Assembly: GCF_009914755.1 (NCBI RefSeq) | Contig: NC_060941.1 | Source: the human T2T-CHM13v2.0 reference genome, Homo sapiens | Reading direction: 5' to 3' (one strand) | Length of the DNA stretch: 64,000 bases | Shown: piece after piece, positions 28,892-47,862 of the stretch | Layout of the letters: every line of letters starts with the position of its first letter | Position numbering within the stretch: position 1 is the first letter of the stretch | The notes under the pieces: generated by a model | Database searches by the model: none | Told to the model about the DNA's origin: nothing | Seen by the model: the letters and a program-made list of their open reading frames with translations, nothing else | Made by a program: the position numbers and the translations under genes

Positions 28892-29744
28892 TCAAAATAA
28901 ATAAATAAATAAATAAAAGGCTAATTAAATGCCTGGAGTCTAGTAGTCCAAAGAATTGAGAGAATTGTACCCAAATCCTCTTTCTACCACCAATTCACTG
29001 TGACCCTAGGTGAGGTACTCTATGACACAAATTCATCCATGCCACAATATTTATGGGGCACTGCTGTGCACTGGAGAACAGTGTGCATAAGACATACTGT
29101 CCTACCCCGTTTCTTGGCCTCAGCTTCCTACCCACAAAATCATTCAGACCCTTCCCATTAAAAGGCTGTGGTTTAAGACATGGGTCCACATGTCCTGGAA
29201 AAGAGGGTCCTGGGGATGTGTGAAAGGGTCCTCCAGAATGCTGAGGTATCACAGGGACCCAGAGTGCAGAACCACTCTCAGTAGCTGAGATTGACAGAAA
29301 AACATATTAGCAATACCGAGAAAACTGTTTTCCATCTGAAATGTCCAAAGATGAGATGTGCAGATCTAGGAAGTATGGCCTCCCAAAGTGCTGGGATTAC
29401 AGGCGTGAGCCACCACGCCCGGCCTAGGAAGTAATGTGAGGTGTGTTTTGTTCCCATTGTTTGGTTTTGGTTTGGTTTTTATCCCAGCTGAGAAGAGGCT
29501 GGATTGACTGGAGGGAGAGACAGGAAGCAGAGACAGAGCCTGCTGTCTCCACCCGAGAGATGATACATGCCTGAAATAAGGAAACAGTAGTGGATGGCTG
29601 GACACGGTGGCTCACGCCTGTAATCCCAGCACTTTGGGAGGTGAGGCAGGTGGATCACTTGAGGCCAAGAGTTCAAGACCAGCCTGGCCAACATGGTAAA
29701 ACCCCGTCTCTACTAAAAATACAAAAATTAGCTGAGTGTGGTCA

Positions 29745-30230
<486 letters not shown>

Positions 30231-30449
30231 TTAACAGCGTTGCCTAATCTGAGGCCTAGGGACCGTCTCAGAGGGCCCGGAATGCCAAAATTTATGTATG
30301 CACATGTGATCTTCTAAGGAGAGGGGTCTGTAGTCTTCATTAGATTCTTTTGGGGATCTATGTCCTCAGGTCAAAAACCACTGAGACAGCTGGACACCGA
30401 CGACCAGGCTCACTAGCGTTTTTGAAAGAGAAGCGTTTGCTTGCTATGT

Positions 30450-30463
30450 ACACTAGGGGGCGA
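30450..30463 (+). promoter_or_regulatory. Candidate CTCF motif ACACTAGGGGGCGA
   Basis: 12/14 match to CCACTAGGGGGCGC. Confidence 0.4.
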
Positions 30464-30595
30464 TGTAGGGCAAGCCATGCGTGCTGTATCTCTACTACCC
30501 CCAGTAGCTGGCTGGGAGGTTGGTTCTTGGCTGTAATTAATTCCCTGCTGGAAACAGCTGTGCCTGCTTGTTAGCCTGGATTCCAGAGCATTTGA

Positions 30596-30989
<394 letters not shown>

Positions 30990-31124
30990 TGATCCGCCTA
31001 CCTCTGCCTCCCAAAGTGCTGGGATTACAGGCATGAGCCACCGCGCCCGGCCTGGGGGGCATTCTAAGACCACTACATGTCTAAACCCACACTCATGTGC
31101 TTGGCAACACTGTCATTCTGGAAT

Positions 31125-31320
31125 TCAGTGTGGTCCAATAGAACGTCTGCAGCGATGGAGACAGGCGGTATCTGCGCTGCCCAACACCACCAGCCACAGG
31201 CGGCCACTGAGTCTTTGAAGTGTGGCTAATGTGACTGAGGAACAAAATGTTTCATTGTGATTAATTTTAACTCATGTACATGTAAACAGCTAAGCGTGGC
31301 TGGTGTGTTGGACAGTGCAG
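31125..31320. mobile_element. MER3 DNA transposon relic
   Basis: gtccaatagaac...gtggctaatgtgactgaggaac...ttggacagtgcag. Confidence 0.8.
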
Positions 31321-32388
31321 TGCCGCATGCTGGGGCTGTGGCCCTCTTTCCTCCCTCCGCCTCCATTCTGTCAGCACGTGCTACGTATGAGCTGTCACTT
31401 TAAACTGTTACTCCCGTCATGGCCCAGCCCACACCGCCTCTCACCTGAGTGGTTACAAAGGGAGCAAGTGCCGCTTCTCTTCTCAGCTAAGCAGCAAGAA
31501 GGATCCTGCTAAGCTGCATGAGTGTGTCACTCCTCTGACTTCCCAGCTCACAGCAAAAGCCCTTCTGAGGGCTTAAGAAGCCCCATGGCCTCTTCCCCCT
31601 TCCTCCCCTTCCCTCATTACACCCCGCCCCACTCCACTGCAGCCACTAGCTCCTCACCCTGCCCCCCACCCACCAGGCAGGCTTCCAACCCAGGGTACCT
31701 GCAGCTGCTCTTCCCTTAGACACCCAACCACATAGCTCGTTCCCCTACCTCCTCCAGTGTGTGCCAAAGTGTCACCCTCCGTGACCACCCCATTGAAAAC
31801 TTCAGCATCAGCTGCCACCCAACACTCCTTCCCACCTTCCCTGTGTCTTCAACGTTCATCTCATCAACATGGAATTTACCTACTTACCATCTTCTCCCCC
31901 TAAGAGCACCAGGAGGGCAGGGATTTTTGTCTGTGTTGTTCACAGAAGTATCCCCAGCACCTAGAGTGCTTGGCACAAAGTAGATGGTCCAGAAATATTT
32001 GATTGATTAGTTAATTTGGCCAAGAGGTGGGCCGGGAAAGAGGTTACCTCTAACTGAGGTAGAGGTCAGCCTGGCTGTGAAGAACGCTGGGTTCTGAATA
32101 TAGCATTGTCCGGGATGTCAAGAGACCCAGGTTCAAGTCCACCAAATGGCCTATGCAGGGCCCTCGGCGACTGAGTCTGCTTCCTAATCTAGAAAGTGGG
32201 AAGACAGATCTCTGTCTTGCCTCCCTTCTGGGGTAGCTGAGGACATATTGAGATAATAAGTGCAGAAGCCATTTGTGGGCCACGGGGAGAGGGGAAGGGG
32301 ATGTGCAGGGTGTCCTAATGAAGGAATTGCCCAGGCAAGCGTTCGGGAGAAGGTTAATCGAGGAAACTGACGGCTATGTCCAACTCAC

Positions 32389-32462
32389 TGAGAGACGGTG
32401 GTGGCCAACTGTAATTCTGCGACACAAAACAGCTTATTCTTGCAGGCCTTCTCATAGGGCAG
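32389..32462 (-). CDS. ITGAE: ITGAE exon 20 (LPYEKACKNKLFCVAELQLATTVS; genu)
   Basis: 74 nt; genu cysteine pair. Confidence 0.95.
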
Positions 32463-32894
32463 CTGTAACCAGACAGAGAGTCCCGATCAGCCCAGGCTCC
32501 GCCTTCCCCAGCAGCCCTGCCTCCGGCTCTTCTCCTTATAGGAAGTTTTGGGCTGTGCCTCCTGCTCACCCTGAGAAGTGCAGTTACAGGGAGGTGAGGG
32601 GTGCAGGCTGGGATTGTCCCCGAAGAGCAGGGACTGTGACATTCCTGGGTGACATTCCTGGATCTGTCCTATAACATGGGCACACTGTGACCCAGTCCTT
32701 TGACCAAGGTAAAAACTGGGGTGACCTTCACGGAATGTTAGGGGTGCCCATGACATTTACATCATGCGAATTCAGCAGCAACACACAGCTCACGACTTTG
32801 AGCATTCAGGGAGCAGACACCTACGCGAAGAGAAGCTTCCTTAGTCCTTTCGGATATAGGCAGAACAGCCCGGGCAGGAGTGGGGGATGCCTAG

Positions 32895-33263
<369 letters not shown>

Positions 33264-33548
33264 TAGTCGTCTCTGTAAGCTAACTATTTCCCTTGCCTAC
33301 ACATAATCGACTAATTCTGAAAGCCACATTTCAAAAGGCCCCATGGAGGTTGAAAAGCTCCAGTTCGTGTTTTTAAAAATTCCAGTGTTCTAAAGTAGCT
33401 GGGTCTGTTTTTGTATTATGAAGGAAGGCAGCCAGCTCCTCGGCTGGAGAGCCTCTGCACTTCGCACTTCTCTCCCGGTGGCCACCTCGGCAGCTGTCTG
33501 CAGGTCTGTTCCCACGGCCTAGAGGGGGAATGACAGCCCAGGGCTTGA

Positions 33549-33851
<303 letters not shown>

Positions 33852-34229
33852 TAGTAGAGACGGGGTTTCACTGTGTTAGCCAGGATGGTCTCGATCTCCT
33901 GACCTCATGATCCGCCAGCCTCGGCCTCCCAAAGTGCTGGGATTACAGGCGTGAGCCCCCGCGCCCGGCCTTTTGTTGTATTTTTAATATAGCCACATAG
34001 CCTGATCTCTTCCACCCAGCCCCAGTGAAAGAGAATGGGGTTAAGCCATCTAAACTCCCAGCCAGAACGCACTCTCTGGTAACACCGATGTGCCTAATAC
34101 CACGTGGTTTTTTCCTCACCCATTTTATACGGGGAATAACTTTTTAAAAATCTCTTTGCCATAGCATAATAGTCATCACTGGTTAAGGAAAGACACATAA
34201 AGAGATGTTAAGCAGGATACAATCGCAAG

Positions 34230-35218
<989 letters not shown>

Positions 35219-36072
35219 TAAAATTTATTTTATTTTTTATTTTTTTGAGATGGAGTCTCGCTCTGTTGCCTAGGCTGGAGTGCAATGGCACGGCCTTGGC
35301 TCACTGGAACCTCTGCCTCCTGGGCAAAGGATTCAAATGATTCTCCTGCCTCAGCCTCCCTAGTAGCTGGGACTACAGGCCCATGCCACCACACCCGGCC
35401 AATTTTTGTATTTTTAGTAGAGACAGGGTTTCACCATCTTGGCCAGGCTGGTATCGAACTCCTGACCTCAGGTGATCCACCTGCCTCAACCTCCCAAAGT
35501 GTTGGGATTACAGGCATCAGCCAGGGCGCCCGGCTGACAAAAGTTTCTTATGACACTACCCGCCTGTCTAAGCTGCACTGATGGGCACCAGGAGGAGAGG
35601 CTAGGATACAGGTTTGGTGGGGCCATTCAGCCTGAAGGCCCTGGCAGGGCATGAACAGGCAGGTGTGCCAAAGGGCATCCTCTCTGCAGTGCAAGACACG
35701 ACAGCTCCAGTCTAGCTCCCACAAGGAACCCCCATCACAGCGTCATCAGAGCCGCTTGCCAAGTGAGGTCCCCAGGATGCAATGTATGCATGTGCCTCAT
35801 GAAAGATGTAGCAAGTGCTTTTGTGAACATAAAGACATAAAGGAACAAGCCCCAGGGGCAGATGGAGACCTGCGTTACCCATGAGTCCTCACTCACGGGG
35901 ACACATTAACACCATCTCAGGGACTCAGTTTCACCATGAGTACGGTGAGGGGCCCAAATGCCGTCTGAAGACATTGCCTCCCAACTCCACCATTCTTGGA
36001 AGTTAGGGGAGCAGGTGGTTTCTGTGGGATAGGCTCTTAAGAGGGCTGGGTACTGGCTGTGGGTAGAGTCAC

Positions 36073-36741
<669 letters not shown>

Positions 36742-36968
36742 TGAGCCACCGCACCTTGCAAGAATACTTTCTACTTTGATGTCATCATAAGAAGAAATAA
36801 ACAATAAAAGTGGTGAGTCAGAAGTCCTAAGCATCTTCCAAATAAGCCAGGCTGAAGGGACACGTCCTTCAAGCAAGCTGCCAAGTGCTTTGGGAAAAAT
36901 CTCCTTCATTCTACTACGGTTTTGTGTCTATAGCTGCTATGGTTCTTATCCCAGTCACAAAGGGGTAA

Positions 36969-37369
<401 letters not shown>

Positions 37370-37922
37370 TAGAGAGGTAAGAGAGAAGATAAGGAGATTG
37401 CTTAGCATACCATTTGCCACTCTCTTTGTTTAAATAAGCCTTTCTGCCCCTATAAGAGCCTCAAGCCCATGGGAGAAAGTGAGCATGATTCTCTGGTAGA
37501 GAATGTGATTAAGCCTTTATTTAAGGAAGGCTGTAGACTTTAATCCAATTAACAATCACTTTGGGGGTAAATGTGTATTCAGAAGAAGAATTCATGCATT
37601 TGTTTATTGGAATAAACGATCCATATAGATCCAAAGTTCGAGATCCTGTCAGGGTTTGAGTCCCGACATACTTTTTTTACCCCATGTCTCTGGGCACCTT
37701 TGCCAGGAGTAAACCTTTCTAGATGGTCGTTTCTATCTTTTTATTCTTCCTTTTAGTTGTTCACTTTTTTGATGCCAACTGACATTCAGGCCCTCGGTCC
37801 TAGTTATTATCAGGTGAGGTCTGATAACGCATGCCAAGAACACTGGCATTCCTGAGTTATTACCAAGAAAAACGTCAGCAATGACAGCATCTCCATCTTC
37901 CGTGCCATTACGTGGTTCTTGA

Positions 37923-38319
<397 letters not shown>

Positions 38320-38347
38320 TGACTCCCATCCAAACTCCGTCACTTAC

Positions 38348-38511
38348 CTCTCCCTCTGTGGGCATGAGCAGGAGGTCCTCACAAAGCTGGGATCCGCTGC
38401 TCCACTCCCTCAGGCAGCCCAGACAGCTTCTTACGTCTGAACACTGCAGCCGTCTCCTCTGCTTCCCCACATCCACATCCAGCGTGAAGTTGAGAAGTGC
38501 CTCACGGAGGC
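38348..38511 (-). CDS. ITGAE: ITGAE exon 18 (LREALLNF...PTEGE)
   Basis: 164 nt, phase 1-0. Confidence 0.96.
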
Positions 38512-39061
38512 CTGGGAATGAAGACCAGACCTTCCCGATGAGGTGGGGATGAGCCAGCCGCAGACAGAAGGCCCCCAGCCTGCCTGAGGTTCCTTGTGGC
38601 CCCTCCTGAACAGTGTCCCCATGCAGGTACTTCCCTGCGGCTGGACTCCTGCGTCGGTTTTTCAAAGATATTTTTCTCACCGTCTTCTGACACCTGACCA
38701 GGGTCTCTGAGTGCTCCCGCCCCAAACCCGGAGCAGCACATTCCCAGGACTGAGTCAGCCTTCTTTAGGGAAGGAGGGCTCGGGAAGGGGATCGAGATTG
38801 AAGAAGAAAATAAGGAGGAAGAGAGACAACAAAGAGAATGGAGAGGGAAAGAGGGACTCTGCGGAGAAAAACCCCAGGACGGCACAGCTGGAAGCACCGT
38901 GGAGATCCCGGGGCCGCCTCTCTTACTGTACAGAACAGAACCAGCTCAGCTAGGGAGAGACACTTGCCCAGCATCGCACAGCCCATCGAGCTCTGTGTCC
39001 TGGAAGGGACAGGTCTGTTATTTTCTTTTTTTTTTCTTTTTTCTTTTTTTTTTTCCTTTGA

Positions 39062-39247
<186 letters not shown>

Positions 39248-39902
39248 TAGCCAGGATGGTCTCGATCTCCTGACCTTGTGATCCACCCGCCTCGGCCTCC
39301 CAAAGTGCTGGGACTACAGGCATCTGTCACCACACCTGGCTAATTTTTGTATTTTTAGTAGAGACGGGGTTTCACCGTGTTAGCCAGGATGGTCTCGATC
39401 TCCTGACCTCGTGATCTGCCCACCTCGGCCTCCCAAAGTGCTGGGATTACAGGCGTGAGCTACCACACCCGGCCAGGTCTGTCATTTTCAATCCCCAGGT
39501 GGATAATAGCCTGCTGCTTTGGGAAAGCCACCCCACCCCAGGAGACTGCTCTCTGACTGTGGGAGGCAGAGACCATCTCAGAGATTGCTCCTGAGAGATT
39601 AAACCTCGGGGACTGTTGCTGAGGAATCGTTCCAGGGGGGAGCTCTTGGATGAGCAGTAAATACCTGGGCTGTGAAAGCCATGCCCACCACCTCCTTTCT
39701 GGGAACAGTCTCCTAATGAGTTTCAGGTAAGGAAAGAGAAACCAGGCCTCCAACAGGTGATCCAATCCCACCTGGGCCGGAGGCACATAGTGAGGAGGGA
39801 AGGGGAGAAGACACAAGTCAGAGAGAAAGAGGAGGGTGTGTCTCAGAAGCCCCCGCACACACGCACACACGTGGGCATGGAGAAATGGCTGCCTTTTTCT
39901 GA

Positions 39903-40073
<171 letters not shown>

Positions 40074-40505
40074 TAGTAGAGACGGTGTTTCACCATGTTA
40101 GGCAGGATGGTCTCGATCTCCTGACCGCGTGATCTGCCCGCCTTGGCCTCCCAAAGTGCTGGGATTACAGGCGTGAGCCACCGCGCCCGGCCTTCTGAGT
40201 CTTTTTTTTCAGAAACTCAACCCTTCAACCCTGAGGAAGGGCCCCAGTGTCCCTCTTCCCAACAGTGTCAGCTCTAAACCCCTTCTGAGTGTGGACATAA
40301 CCTCAGACCACCCTTTCTTGAGGCAGTTTGCATTTAACAAACCTGGAGACTAAGGAGCTAAGCTCTAATCGAGGGATTTCAAGCACCAGGACCTCAGACC
40401 AACACCCACCCACCCCCCGCCCCAGTCCTCTTTCCCTGCCCCTTACAGAAGCCAAAAAGGAAAGACCATCACACCAGGCAGGGGTCAGCTGGACCATTTT
40501 TTTAC

Positions 40506-40636
40506 CTGACTCAGAGGCTGTGGTTACAGAGCTGATTTCAAAACATAAACGGACATTCACGACGCCGTTGAAGCCGATGGGCAGTGCGCTGGGGGTGAAG
40601 GCCATGGAGACCTTCAGGCGAACCACAGGCCGGGAG
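40506..40636 (-). CDS. ITGAE: ITGAE exon 17 (SRPVVRLK...TASES)
   Basis: 131 nt; SRPVV start of the thigh domain. Confidence 0.96.
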
Positions 40637-40950
40637 CTAAACAAGACAGCAAAGAGGATGGGAGAAGTGACTGCTCAGCCTCTGGGTCAGGGCCTGGCTG
40701 ATTGGTTCATGCATTCAATGGTTCTCTATCAAACATGCCCACATCCAGGTGATCCCTGAGTCTCAGGGTACAGTGGGGAAAGAGACAAGTTTCTGCTTTG
40801 GTGGGAAAGCAGACAACAAGCAAATAAACGAGAGAAACAGGGAGATACTATGTATTGGCAAGGCTATGAGAAAAATTAAAATACTGTTGGCCGAGTGCGG
40901 TGGCTCACGCCTGTAATCCCAGCACTTGGGAGGCTGAGGCGGGCGGATCA

Positions 40951-42290
<1,340 letters not shown>

Positions 42291-42398
42291 GGATGGGGCA
42301 CAAAAACTCTGCAATTCTTGGCCAGGCATAGTGGCTCATGCCTGTAATCCCAGCACTTTGGGAAGCCAAGATGGGTGGATCACGAGGTCAGGAGTTCA

Positions 42399-42689
<291 letters not shown>

Positions 42690-42935
42690 TCATAGCTCTG
42701 GGAGGTAGGTGCTCTTATAATTCCTAGGTAAGGTCTTAGAGTTAAATAACCTGCCCAAAGGCTGAGAGGGCTGAGAGCTGAGGTTCAAACCCAGACGGGC
42801 AGACTCCAGAGCCTGTGCCCACAACCACGGTGCTGGCTCCCTCCCTCAGTGCCTAATGTCTGCATGGAGCTATTTAGAGCAGGGCAAATGGGTGAGGCTG
42901 GGCCTGGGACCCCAGAAAGCAGGACAGAACCCTAC

Positions 42936-43066
42936 CGGAACACAACCGCCTGGCCCAGAGTGCCCACGGTGATGTCGGCAAGGCCGTCGCCACTAATATC
43001 AAAGCCACCAGCCATGGACATGCCGAAGTACTGGAGTCCTGGGGCCACCGTGGAGGCTCTGATCCG
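42936..43066 (-). CDS. ITGAE: ITGAE exon 16 (FG-GAP repeat, DISGDGLAD Ca2+ loop)
   Basis: 131 nt; YFG and DxxxDGxxD motifs. Confidence 0.97.
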
Positions 43067-43982
43067 CTGTGGAGGCAGAAACACAAGGCGTGGGGCGAGG
43101 GAAGGGAGGGAAACGGGGCGGGGAGTCCTTTCATGATCTATCCCGATCAGCATCGCAGGCACCATCCAGCCCCAGGGAGCCCCGAGTCTAGAACCAGGAA
43201 AGAGGGAGCAAGCTTTCCCAGAGGAAGTGGCATTTGGATGGAGCCTCGTAGGGCAGGTGGGACTTGACAGGGGAGAGTAAGGGAAAGAGTGAGGCATGGG
43301 GAAAGAGCAGGGCCTTCTGAGAAGCAGCCAGGGCCAGGGACGGGGTGGACCACAGGGGATTGGGGTACAAGGAGGCTTGATGTGGGGCTTGGGGATGGGG
43401 GGTGTCAACAAAGGTTCTGTTGTTTTGAAGTGACATAATCAGGATAACACTTTAGAAATGGCACTGAAGACATGGGGTGGAAGATGGAGAGGAGGAGGAA
43501 GCTGGGTGGGCTGGGAGTGGGATGGCAAGGCCTGAGCTGGGACCGCAGGGGTGGGGATAGAGAGAAGGGGCTGGAGTTGGGAGACAGCTAGAATCATGAG
43601 GACGTGGGAACTGACAGGCTGTGCAGGCTGTGAGCGTGCTGAGGACTGTCTGAGGTTTCCGGTGTGGGGTGTGGAGGGGGATGAGGTCTCAGAGGAGCAT
43701 CAGTTCTAGGGGAAGCAGGTGCTCTCAGATGGGCCGTGTGGGAGTGAGATGCCTGGGGGCCATCCAGGTGGAGGTGCTCATGAGGAGCTGGAGGTGGGTG
43801 GAAGTGCCTGTTAATACATGCAGTGTGAGAGGCTGGCAAGGGAGCCCTGGGGAATGAGAGATAAGGCGCGGAGGTGCTGGGTGGGAGACAGGAGCGAGGG
43901 ACAGAAAGAGAGGAAGCAGGGACCCGAGGCAGGTGGGTGGAAGGAGGGGGTATAGGCCAGGGAAGGAGACAGGTACCGCCAC

Positions 43983-44093
43983 AACCTCCCCCGAACCTGA
44001 AGGGGCCGAGGTGAAGCCCTGGTCTGGAACCTCCTCCCAACCTGAAGGGGCTGAGGTGAGGCCCTGGTCTGGAAGCTCCCCCTAGCCTGGGGG
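43983..44093. repeat. 45-bp tandem repeat, about 2.4 copies
   Basis: aacctc...aacctgaagggg...gaggtga..ccctggtctgg occurs twice, followed by a partial copy. Confidence 0.85.
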
Positions 44094-44233
44094 ACTTCTT
44101 TCTTTCACTGGGCATTCCCAACCCCCGAGACCTGCCCAGCACTTAGGACTGAAGCCGACTTGGGGCTTGGGTCATCATATCTGAGAGAGGTCAGAGCCCC
44201 AGAGGAGAGGAAGGAGAGGGCCCCATGGGTCAC

Positions 44234-44458
44234 CTGCGAGGGGCTGGCGGAGAGGCCGTCCCAGTGTCCATTGTAGATATACACACTGCCGAAGCTGGCA
44301 CCATCATCTGCCCCAAAACCTTCCAGGGGGGCCCCGATGGCCACATCTGTGAGCTTATCCTGACTGAGATCCCCCATAGCCGCCATGGCAAAGCCAAAGC
44401 GGGCATTGGTGAACCCGGGGTGCCCACTCAGTATGCGTGCCAAGGAGAAAGAACCATC
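44234..44458 (-). CDS. ITGAE: ITGAE exon 15 (FG-GAP repeat, DLSQDKLTD Ca2+ loop)
   Basis: 225 nt; RFG...GAP motif. Confidence 0.97.
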
Positions 44459-44501
44459 CTGTAAAGCAAACAAACAGCTCAGCCCTCAAGAAGGGGTGCT
44501 A

Positions 44502-44728
44502 GGTGCCCACTCCATTGCCACCCCGATGCACGCTCACTGGGCCGGTGGGTGCCCACTCCATTGCCACCCAGGATGCACGCTCGCTGGGCCGGTGGGTTCC
44601 CACTCCATTGCCACCCAGGATGCACGCTCACTGGGCCGGTGGGTGCCCACTCCGTTGCCACCCAGGATGCACGCTCGCTGGGCTGGTGGGTGCCCACTCC
44701 GTTGCCACCCAGGATGCACGCTCACTGG
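44502..44728. repeat. 47-bp minisatellite, about 5 copies, in intron 14
   Basis: gatgcacgc recurs at 44525, 44572, 44619, 44666 and 44713. Confidence 0.95.
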
Positions 44729-45469
44729 CCAGGGACCTTCCCAAGGCCATACAGTGAGCACCAGGGGAAAGCTGGGGTCCTCCTACCTGGAAGTTCAGGA
44801 GTCAGAGCCCGCCCCCCTCTAGTTCCATGGGCAGGGGTGCATTGCTGCAAATGGGAGGCCTGGGTTTCACTCGTGGCTCTGCCACACACATGCCAGGTAC
44901 ACTTGAGCAAGTCTCGGCATCACTGAGGCTCGCCGAGCCCCAGCTTCCTCACCCGTAAGATGAGAGTGGCAGCTACCTCCCATAGTTACTATGAGAAACA
45001 AGTGAGATCCTGGACTAAACGGGCTTTGCCAACCATGCAGCTGTAAGAGATGTTATCAGCTGGGCGCGGTGACTCACGCCCATAATCTCATCACTTTGGG
45101 AGGCCAAGGTAGGTGGATCACCTGAGGTCAGGAGTTCGAGACCAGCCTGGTTAACATGGCGGAACCCCATCTCTACTAAAATTACAAAAATTAGCCGGGT
45201 GTAGTGGCACATGCCTGTAATCCCAGCTACTTGGGAGGCTGAGGCAGGAGAATCAACCCAGGAGGTAGAGGTTGCAGTAAGTTGAGATTGCACCATTGCA
45301 CTCCAGCCTGGACAACAGAGTGAGACTCAGTCTCGGAAAAAAAAAAAAAAATGCTGGGCGAGGTGGCTTACGCCTGTAATCCCAACACTTTGGGAGGCCG
45401 AGGTGGGTGGATCACCTGAGGTCGGGAGTTCAAGACCAGCCTGACCAACATGGAGAAACCCTGTCTCTA

Positions 45470-45682
<213 letters not shown>

Positions 45683-45873
45683 TCACCCTTGGGTAAGAAA
45701 GTGGGTGCGGAGAGCGATGCCGCTGCCCCGCCCAGCCGCCATCCAGCCTGAGCACCTCCCCATCACTGCCCACTGGTGCCAGGCAGGGCCAGGGCACTCC
45801 CAGCCTCCATCACCTCTGTGTCAGGCTGAGTGCCACAGCCTCAGCAAGCTCATGAAGATGGAGACTCTCCCAC

Positions 45874-46014
45874 CTGCTCGCTGAGACGGTACACGTAGAC
45901 TCTGCCTTCTTCTCCATGAACGTGGTAAAATGGAGCAGCCACCAGCAAGAAGTCCGTGCTTCCATCCATGTCAATGTCCACAGGGCACAGCTCAGAGCCA
46001 AAATAGGACCCCAT
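45874..46014 (-). CDS. ITGAE: ITGAE exon 14 (MGSYFGSE...DIDMDGSTD...RLSEQ)
   Basis: 141 nt; FG-GAP repeat with Ca2+ loop. Confidence 0.97.
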
Positions 46015-46339
46015 CTACAGCCCGGGAGGAACTCAGCTCACCAGGAGCCCCGCTCCTGCACCCCTCAGCAAGGCTACACCCCTGCCCGCGTGCTTCCTGG
46101 ACCACCCAATTTGGGTCGTTACATATCAATTTGCTCACTGAGAGTAACAGAAGAGTGGAGGAGCAGCCCAGGCCCCACAGCGGAGGAAACTGCCTAGCAA
46201 TCAGACATGCAGAGCTGAAGCAGAGCCCTCGAGCTCCACTCAGGAGCCTGAGTTTCACCCAGCCCGGGCCCTGGCCCACTGTGCACCGTGGGACCCACTC
46301 CTTTCCCTTGGGGGCCTCCAGATTCCCCATCGGTCATAA

Positions 46340-47086
<747 letters not shown>

Positions 47087-47152
47087 TGATCCGCCCGCAT
47101 CGGCCTCCTGGGATTACAGGCGTGAGCTACTGCACCACTATTATTAATGGAG

Positions 47153-47726
47153 AGGCCCCGCCCTCCCCTGGGTGGCTGCTGTGCCTGGTGTACCTGACAG
47201 GCCTTGTACCTACCCAGGAGGCTGTAGTACTCAGCCTCAGGGTCCCTAACCAGGACCCGCCCCTCGGCCCATGTGACTGACCAGGTCCCGCCCCCATCCG
47301 GAAACCTCGAGTGCAGCCTAATGCGCAGCCTCGGTGTCCCCATCTCGGCCCCGCCCTCGCCCAGGTGGCCTCTAGGCCCCGCCCTCACCCAGGTGGTCTC
47401 CAGGCCCCACCCTCCTCACGTAACTTCCAGGCCCCGCCCTCTCCCAGGTAGCCCCCAGGCCCCACCCTCGCCCACGTGGCCTCCATGCCCCGCCCTCACC
47501 CAGGTAGCCCCCAGGCCCCACCCTCGCCCAGGTAGCCTCCAGGCCCCGCCCTCACCCAGGTAGCCCCCAGGCCCCACCCTCGCCCAGGTAGGCCCCGCCC
47601 TCGCCCACGTAGCCCTCAGGCCCCACCCTCGCCCAGGGAGCCTCCAGGCCCCGCCCTCATCAGGTGGCCCCGCCCTCATCAGGTGGCCCCGCCCTCATCA
47701 GGTGGCCCCGCCCTCACCCAGGTAGC
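47153..47726. repeat. GC-rich minisatellite (28-bp and 19-bp units) derived from the exon-12 donor region
   Basis: Repeated ggccccgccctc(a/g)cccaggtagc; the last unit is the real exon/intron junction. Confidence 0.92.
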
Positions 47727-47862
47727 TGTACTGCGCAGCCTCCGCGTCTGCCGCCGCCGCCGCTGTCTGGTTCAGGAAGCGGCCCCGGCGGCTGCGTGTG
47801 TCGTAGAGCAACGCCCCTCCGGACCAGTCAAAGGCCCCGACGGCGCCGAGCAGCACCTGCCG
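47718..47862 (-). CDS. ITGAE: ITGAE exon 12 (RQVLLGAVGAFDWSGG...YSYL)
   Basis: 145 nt; GAVGAFDWSGG motif; CpG-rich, with a GCG poly-Ala run. Confidence 0.97.

Noticed and set aside
44479-44926. Repetitive ORFs over the 47-bp array; superficial likeness to a CRISPR array
   Set aside because: Head-to-tail minisatellite with no unique spacers, in a eukaryotic intron.
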